Positions 59,204 through 64,000 of a stretch of 64,000 nucleotides of DNA are shown here, in pieces; the first letter of the stretch is position 1, and every line of letters starts with the position of its first letter. The notes below the pieces were generated by a model. The model was not told where the DNA came from and did no database searches. It was given only the letters and a program-made list of their open reading frames with translations. Source of the stretch: a virus (lineage: Duplodnaviria; Caudoviricetes). The position numbers and the translations under genes are program-made. The stretch spans positions 192,001-256,000 of IMG/VR virus record IMGVR_UViG_3300021978_000001; one strand, 5' to 3'.

Positions 59204-60141
59204 CTTGGGTCTCCTGTCTTTTGAAACCCCGAGGGGCTGGACACAAACGTGCGCAACGACGACTCCAGCGAGGATAACTCCAGGGTCTCACATACATGCG
59301 CGACTGTTGATTCATTGGCCACCCCCGCGAGCACTTCCGGGGACTCGGGAGGGTTCAGCGCCATCACCTGAGCGTTGATCCTTGCCTGGGGCTCGAAAGA
59401 AACAAGAGTCTTGCGTTGGTACGCGGTCAGGCTCACCTTGAAATCTTTATAAATGGATTCCAGATCACCGCCATGCTCATTTGCGAGGCTCGCGAGCAAC
59501 TTACGAGGTACGCGCCGCGCACCGGGCATCCCATCCGAGCTATCCCCCGCGAACGTGCGATAACATAAAAACTGCTCGGGGTGCACACCGTACTCATCCC
59601 AGACAGCATCTCTATCGTAGAGCTTGGAAGCGTTGGGTGTAGAGAGAATGGTATGGTCAGACACGAGCTGCAAGAGATCTCTGTCTGAGCTTACAATGGC
59701 GCACGCTTCTCCCGGTACACGATAAGGGAGGTCTGGCAAATCACCACGCTCTTCTGGAGGAGAGACCAACCATGCAACCACATCATCCGCCTCATAGCCT
59801 TTCGCCCAACACTGGTGAATGCCCAAGGCTTGGAGTAACCGACTCAACAACGGGAGCTGGACCTCCAAAACCTCACCGAGCGCGCCACCCCTACCTTCCT
59901 TGTATGCAGGCCAGATCTCACGTCGTCGTTCGATATGGGTACCGGGACCATCCTGTGCACCCTCTTCAACCCACCAGAAAGTAGCCTTGGGGTGACGCTT
60001 ACGCCAGGAAATAAGAGACTGAGCCACGCCGTAGAGCACGCCTGTAGGGATGCCAGAAGAAGTCTTGAGACCGAAGCGCACATCATGCACGTGATGTGCG
60101 CGCATCACCAGGTTCATCCCATCGAAAATAACATGCTTCAC
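59200..60141 (-). CDS. 5'-3' exonuclease / flap endonuclease (PolA N-terminal-like)
   Basis: VIFDGMNL, RRREIWPAYKEGR, GYEADDV, SSDRDLLQL, GDSSDGMPG. Confidence 0.9.
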   Translation of the reverse strand: MKHVIFDGMNLVMRAHHVHDVRFGLKTSSGIPTGVLYGVAQSLISWRKRHPKATFWWVEEGAQDGPGTHIERRREIWPAYKEGRGGALGEVLEVQLPLLSRLLQALGIHQCWAKGYEADDVVAWLVSPPEERGDLPDLPYRVPGEACAIVSSDRDLLQLVSDHTILSTPNASKLYDRDAVWDEYGVHPEQFLCYRTFAGDSSDGMPGARRVPRKLLASLANEHGGDLESIYKDFKVSLTAYQRKTLVSFEPQARINAQVMALNPPESPEVLAGVANESTVAHVCETLELSSLESSLRTFVSSPSGFQKTGDPR

Positions 60142-60677
60142 GAAGACTCCAATGTGTGATCTGGGAGATCGACCAACTCCATAAACTGATAGGGAAGCTC
60201 GACGATGACCTCCATGGATTCGAGATCTGTCACGTGCACAGTCGCGCGCTCCTCATCGGGAAAGATGTGCAAGATCTTCCCCATCAACTGCGAGTAAGCG
60301 CCTTGCGTGATGCACACCTGGTCCCCCGGTTGGATACTCCGAGACACCAGGAGTTGCAGCTTGGCTTCCAACTCCTGGATTGTACTGTGAGGCACGTACC
60401 GTAAGTACCGCCCATCCGCCTCTTCTTGAGACAGAACAGTTTGAATGTAAAGCGTATCTTCGAGATCAAAATAACGCTCGGTCGAAAGACCCGCACCCAC
60501 AAAGACGTACCCCTCCATCACATAGATGGTGACACAAGTCTCACGACGTGTAAAGGTCATCGCAGGCACAAAGACCTCGACAGTATCGCCAAGGTGTTGC
60601 CTGAGCAGCGTCTCCAGCTCTTGCGGTGTCTTTTTCTCTCCCTGGTGACTTAGCTCCAGGACAACCCACCTCTTCAC
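60138..60677 (-). CDS. NusG/RfaH-family transcription factor (NGN + KOW)
   Basis: WVVL..EVFVP..EGYVFV; KOW PGDQVCITQGAYSQLMGKI. Confidence 0.8.
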   Translation of the reverse strand: MKRWVVLELSHQGEKKTPQELETLLRQHLGDTVEVFVPAMTFTRRETCVTIYVMEGYVFVGAGLSTERYFDLEDTLYIQTVLSQEEADGRYLRYVPHSTIQELEAKLQLLVSRSIQPGDQVCITQGAYSQLMGKILHIFPDEERATVHVTDLESMEVIVELPYQFMELVDLPDHTLESS

Positions 60678-62059
60678 GGTTCCTCCTCTGTCAGGGTCTT
60701 CAACGCATTGCGGTTACCTTTGCGTTGTTGTTGCGCACGTTGAAGCGTCGAAGGAGCGGCCTGACGCTTCGCCAGCAAGTCCTCACGGACATCCAACACG
60801 GGTTTACCTCGTGCTGATTTGCTACCGTATGACATCGCCTGATCCGCCCACCTCTGGTTTTGGTGCACGGCCTCTGAAGGCTCGACCAGATCCGCCTTGC
60901 GTTTGGTCGCTCGAACACCAACAGGCGCCGCACTTCCTTCGCCAGATACGGTTTGGTGAACCACAACAGTCTGACCTTCATGCCCCAGGCTTCCCGAGGT
61001 TAACGCATGTCGGACATAAAGCAGTTCACACAATGCCTGCGCTTCGTTCTGTACAGGGTTCGCGAGTAGATGGCGCGCGATAAGCAAAAGCTCTTCCCCC
61101 TCGAATTGATCCGAGAGTTGATGCAGCGTCACCTGATCCAACGCAGAAAGCCCTGTAGTGATGTTGTGGGAAAGTCGATAAGCCGCGAGCGCCGCTTGAG
61201 CAACACCTTGATACACAGAAGACGCGTTGGTATAGACCAATGCGTCTGCCAGTCCTCGTGCGATGGCGTTGCTATCCTGCTTCATCCCCATCAAGATCTG
61301 ATACTGGTGGTCCACTACCGCCAGCCCAAGCTGTGCCTTAACTGTTGCGGGAGTCACCTCACCCGCCACCGACACACGCTCCAGCGCAGTAACCATGTCC
61401 CGCATGTGTCCTTGACCATAATCGAAGATGGTTTCGAGAGCCTGCGAGTCAAACGACAAACCCTCTTGCCCGCAGATATAGGCCAGGCGCTCGACGGCGA
61501 CCTGACGTGTTGGAGACTGCACGTCGAACACCATGGAGCGCCCCTTGATCGTACCACGCAGTTTGTGCGGCTCCGTGGTACAAAACAAACACACCAGGCG
61601 CTTATCCTTACTCCCAGGAACCGTATCTTCCATAGGCTTGAGCAGCGCATCCATCGCTTGAGCGCTCAAGCGATGTGCCTCATCAATCAAGTAGATGGTG
61701 CGATCACGGCCTCCCAGGACAAAGTAGCCCAGGCTCTCCACGATCTGTCGGATGTTGGCGGCGCCGGAGTTGTTAGCAGCATCCATCTCCTTGAAAGAAG
61801 GCACCTCACCTCCATCCAAGAATGCACGGCAGCTTGAACACGCATCACAGGGTGTACCATCGCGCAAGTCTTCGCAAAGCATGGCACGTGCGAGGATGCG
61901 AGCGACGGTGGTCTTGCCTGTTCCCGAAGGACCCGCAAAGACATAACTACGCTCGAAGATCTTACCCTGCCCCAACAAGGTCTTCAAGACCTCGATCGTC
62001 GCGTCCTGTCCTGCCACGTCCTCGAAGGTGTGCGGACGATATGTCGTGTCGAATCCCAT
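60674..62059 (-). CDS. dnaX: DNA polymerase III gamma/tau-like clamp loader subunit
   Basis: YRPHTFEDVAGQ, GPSGTGKTTVARILA, PCDACSSC, EMDAANNSG, IDEAHRLS, CTTEPHKL; start re-assigned to 62059. Confidence 0.9.
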   Translation of the reverse strand: MGFDTTYRPHTFEDVAGQDATIEVLKTLLGQGKIFERSYVFAGPSGTGKTTVARILARAMLCEDLRDGTPCDACSSCRAFLDGGEVPSFKEMDAANNSGAANIRQIVESLGYFVLGGRDRTIYLIDEAHRLSAQAMDALLKPMEDTVPGSKDKRLVCLFCTTEPHKLRGTIKGRSMVFDVQSPTRQVAVERLAYICGQEGLSFDSQALETIFDYGQGHMRDMVTALERVSVAGEVTPATVKAQLGLAVVDHQYQILMGMKQDSNAIARGLADALVYTNASSVYQGVAQAALAAYRLSHNITTGLSALDQVTLHQLSDQFEGEELLLIARHLLANPVQNEAQALCELLYVRHALTSGSLGHEGQTVVVHQTVSGEGSAAPVGVRATKRKADLVEPSEAVHQNQRWADQAMSYGSKSARGKPVLDVREDLLAKRQAAPSTLQRAQQQRKGNRNALKTLTEEEP

Positions 62060-62169
62060 GTTTGCCCTTGTGTCCCCTGCTCCATATAAAAAAAGGGTGC
62101 GATGCCATGCCCACTCCAAAGAGAGCCACCGCACCGCACCCCAGACCTCGATGATGCATCACTGCATGA

Positions 62170-62685
62170 TCAAGAGGACACGTCCTGCGTCACCGAAGAC
62201 TCTTCCTGCTGGCGAACCTTGGGCTCGGTCAGCGTAGGCTGATCATTGAGACGCAGCGTGCGGAGAGGCGTCACACCAGTATCCCACTGGACACCGTGGC
62301 GGTTGAGGATCACGGGGAATGCAACAATCGAAGGACGGCGCAGCTTCCACTTGATCGTGCCATCATCCTTCTCCTCACCGAAGCATTGCTCCAGGCAATG
62401 ATCCACCCAGGCAGCCTTCTGGTCGCGGTTGAGTTCATTCCAGGCATCGGCGCCGAACTCCAAGATGAAATCGAAACCGATGTCACCGTTATCCTGCTCG
62501 GTCATGAAGGGCTTGTAGATCTCAGGCACCTTCTTGGCCTTTCCGACGATCGGCTGCCCATCACGCTTGCTGGCCTTGGTCTTGAAGACATAACCGATGT
62601 GAGCGCCCATCAGATCGGGGTGCAACCCGAGGTACTCTTCTGCGATCTCTGCCGCCTCATCTGCGATCCAATACTCGTTTGGCAT
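62170..62685 (-). CDS. phage putative metallopeptidase-like domain protein, degenerate active site
   Basis: HIGYVF..GKAKKV..DFILEF..W..L..AWVDHCLEQC (HELxH not intact). Confidence 0.6.
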   Translation of the reverse strand: MPNEYWIADEAAEIAEEYLGLHPDLMGAHIGYVFKTKASKRDGQPIVGKAKKVPEIYKPFMTEQDNGDIGFDFILEFGADAWNELNRDQKAAWVDHCLEQCFGEEKDDGTIKWKLRRPSIVAFPVILNRHGVQWDTGVTPLRTLRLNDQPTLTEPKVRQQEESSVTQDVSS

Positions 62686-62763
62686 TCCACTTCCTTTGTT
62701 TTCGTGTTCGTTAAAGGTGCTCGTGTCATATGTGCCTGATCACAACCCGACCAGACCTCACAC

Positions 62764-62793
62764 ATCCTAAAGCACCATGCGGTGCAAAGTCAA
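62764..62793 (-). promoter_or_regulatory. sigma70-like promoter TTGACT-N18-TAGGAT with a palindrome over the -35
   Basis: Minus strand ttgact...taggat; AAAGTCAA-G-TTGACTTT at 62786-62802. Confidence 0.5.
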
Positions 62794-62801
62794 GTTGACT
62801 T

Positions 62802-63503
62802 TTACAACGCGCCTCTCTTTAAAAGCTCCTGTTGGAACTTCTCTTCTCCCAGGCGAGCCCAAAGCTCGCTCGGGTCCTTGGCAGGTAACTTCATCCGCGC
62901 GGTATGCGTGAAGTCCCTACCGTACTTCTCTTGAAACTCACGCCAAAAACGCTCGCCTCCCCAATCCGTATCAAAGGCCACAATCACCGTATCCACATAA
63001 CGACGAAGGAACTCGATCTGATTACGACTGACATTTGCGGTGCCCGCGCATAACGTGTTCGGGAACACACGCAACAAGGGAGGCAGGTCAAACAAACCCT
63101 CGCACAAGTACACGGTACGTGTTGACCAGATGTGAGGCATCACCAGATGCGTTCCAAAGAAAATAGCATCGATACCTGACTTCTCCAGGTAAAACTTGGA
63201 GTAGTCCTTGACCGCAGGATCAGGGCTACGCAGTTGCAAACCCCGTACTTTCCCCAACGCATTGGTGATGGGGAAAATCAGCTTACCCTTCAAGCGGTAA
63301 CCATTGGACGACCATTCACACCACCGAGAAGCATCCACGCCTTCGCCCACGACTCGGGGTGGCCACACTTCCTTCGGAAAATAACCGATACCGAGTTGAC
63401 GCGCTTGCTCCAGGGGCACTCCTCGCGCGCGAAGGTAACTCGATGCCTCCGTATGCTCAAGATGGGTCTGCGCTTGTGTCAGGATCGTGTCCAGGAAGCT
63501 CAT
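62802..63503 (-). CDS. DNA primase catalytic/TOPRIM domain lacking the N-terminal zinc-binding domain
   Basis: YLRARGV..LGIGY, LIFPI..GKVRGLQLR, YLCEGLFD, FDTDWGG, KDPSE. Confidence 0.85.
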   Translation of the reverse strand: MSFLDTILTQAQTHLEHTEASSYLRARGVPLEQARQLGIGYFPKEVWPPRVVGEGVDASRWCEWSSNGYRLKGKLIFPITNALGKVRGLQLRSPDPAVKDYSKFYLEKSGIDAIFFGTHLVMPHIWSTRTVYLCEGLFDLPPLLRVFPNTLCAGTANVSRNQIEFLRRYVDTVIVAFDTDWGGERFWREFQEKYGRDFTHTARMKLPAKDPSELWARLGEEKFQQELLKRGAL

Positions 63504-63993
63504 CAGATTCCTCGTGCTCGTTTTCGTTTTCCGAACCCAACATAACTCGTATCGTCACGCACCCGCGCTCTGCATTATGCACGAGCACTGCCGCACGCTC
63601 ATCAACGCGATAGAGGTGTCCGAGCGCACGCGGCTCGACCGTGAACGCGATGTCGAGACTGATCTGGGGGTTGTAATACACGGGCACCTCCTCTTCCCCA
63701 AGGCGCCCCACGCAGTAATAGGTGCTCATCCACTCTTCGAGTGTCTCGGCAGTAAGCTGGTCTTCTGGAAAATCAGGTGACACACCTTCAGGGAACTGCA
63801 AAAGGCCCGTTGTGTAAAGTGACACCCAACCCACGAAGCCACAGAAGATCTGGTGCACGGACAGGTCATAAGCCGCGAAATACTCAGACACTTCCTGGAT
63901 ACAGCCTGGAGTCACCTCGCGGCGAGTCACCGCACCACCCCAACCTTGCTGTATGCCCTGCTCGTGGAGGAACTTGACCAGCGAAGCATGCAC
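63457..63993 (-). CDS. hypothetical protein (start may lie beyond the window)
   Basis: Coherent ORF with acidic tail overlapping the primase start. Confidence 0.55.
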   Translation of the reverse strand: MHASLVKFLHEQGIQQGWGGAVTRREVTPGCIQEVSEYFAAYDLSVHQIFCGFVGWVSLYTTGLLQFPEGVSPDFPEDQLTAETLEEWMSTYYCVGRLGEEEVPVYYNPQISLDIAFTVEPRALGHLYRVDERAAVLVHNAERGCVTIRVMLGSENENEHEESDELPGHDPDTSADPS

Positions 63994-64000
63994 GCGATCT

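Overview
This window is a 64-kb segment of a large (probably jumbo) contractile-tailed bacteriophage genome. Essentially every credible gene is on the minus strand; the long plus-strand ORFs are antisense shadows. Read in the direction of transcription (right to left) there are four parts. (1) A replication/transcription module: TOPRIM-only primase, DnaX-like clamp loader, NusG-like factor, 5'-3' exonuclease and a tandem sigma-region-4 protein. (2) A long virion module: probable small terminase, large terminase, portal, prohead protease, acidic scaffold, decoration protein, major capsid protein, Dps-like protein, neck/adaptor proteins, an actin-like ATPase and a 1519-aa tail sheath. (3) Accessory genes: a GroEL chaperonin, an EGF/myxobacterial Cys-repeat lipoprotein suggesting a Myxococcota/Bradymonadia-like host, and a DHH phosphoesterase. 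(4) A dispersed family of unrelated small proteins between the core head and neck genes, which is the most striking unexplained feature. About 14 of them share one ~30-aa helical tag (consensus L-x-x-x-LIRLGNANPELRxxLKPVIAHL), usually followed by a [K/R]-x-A site. Five copies share an exact 17-nt DNA core. A second group shares a different short tag ([L/M]Ax[R/K]VAxx[Y/H]L). My working hypothesis is a capsid-targeting, protease-cleaved leader system that loads interchangeable cargo proteins into the head. All family assignments come from motifs recognised by eye, with no database searches. No tRNA, rRNA, CRISPR array or reverse transcriptase was seen.
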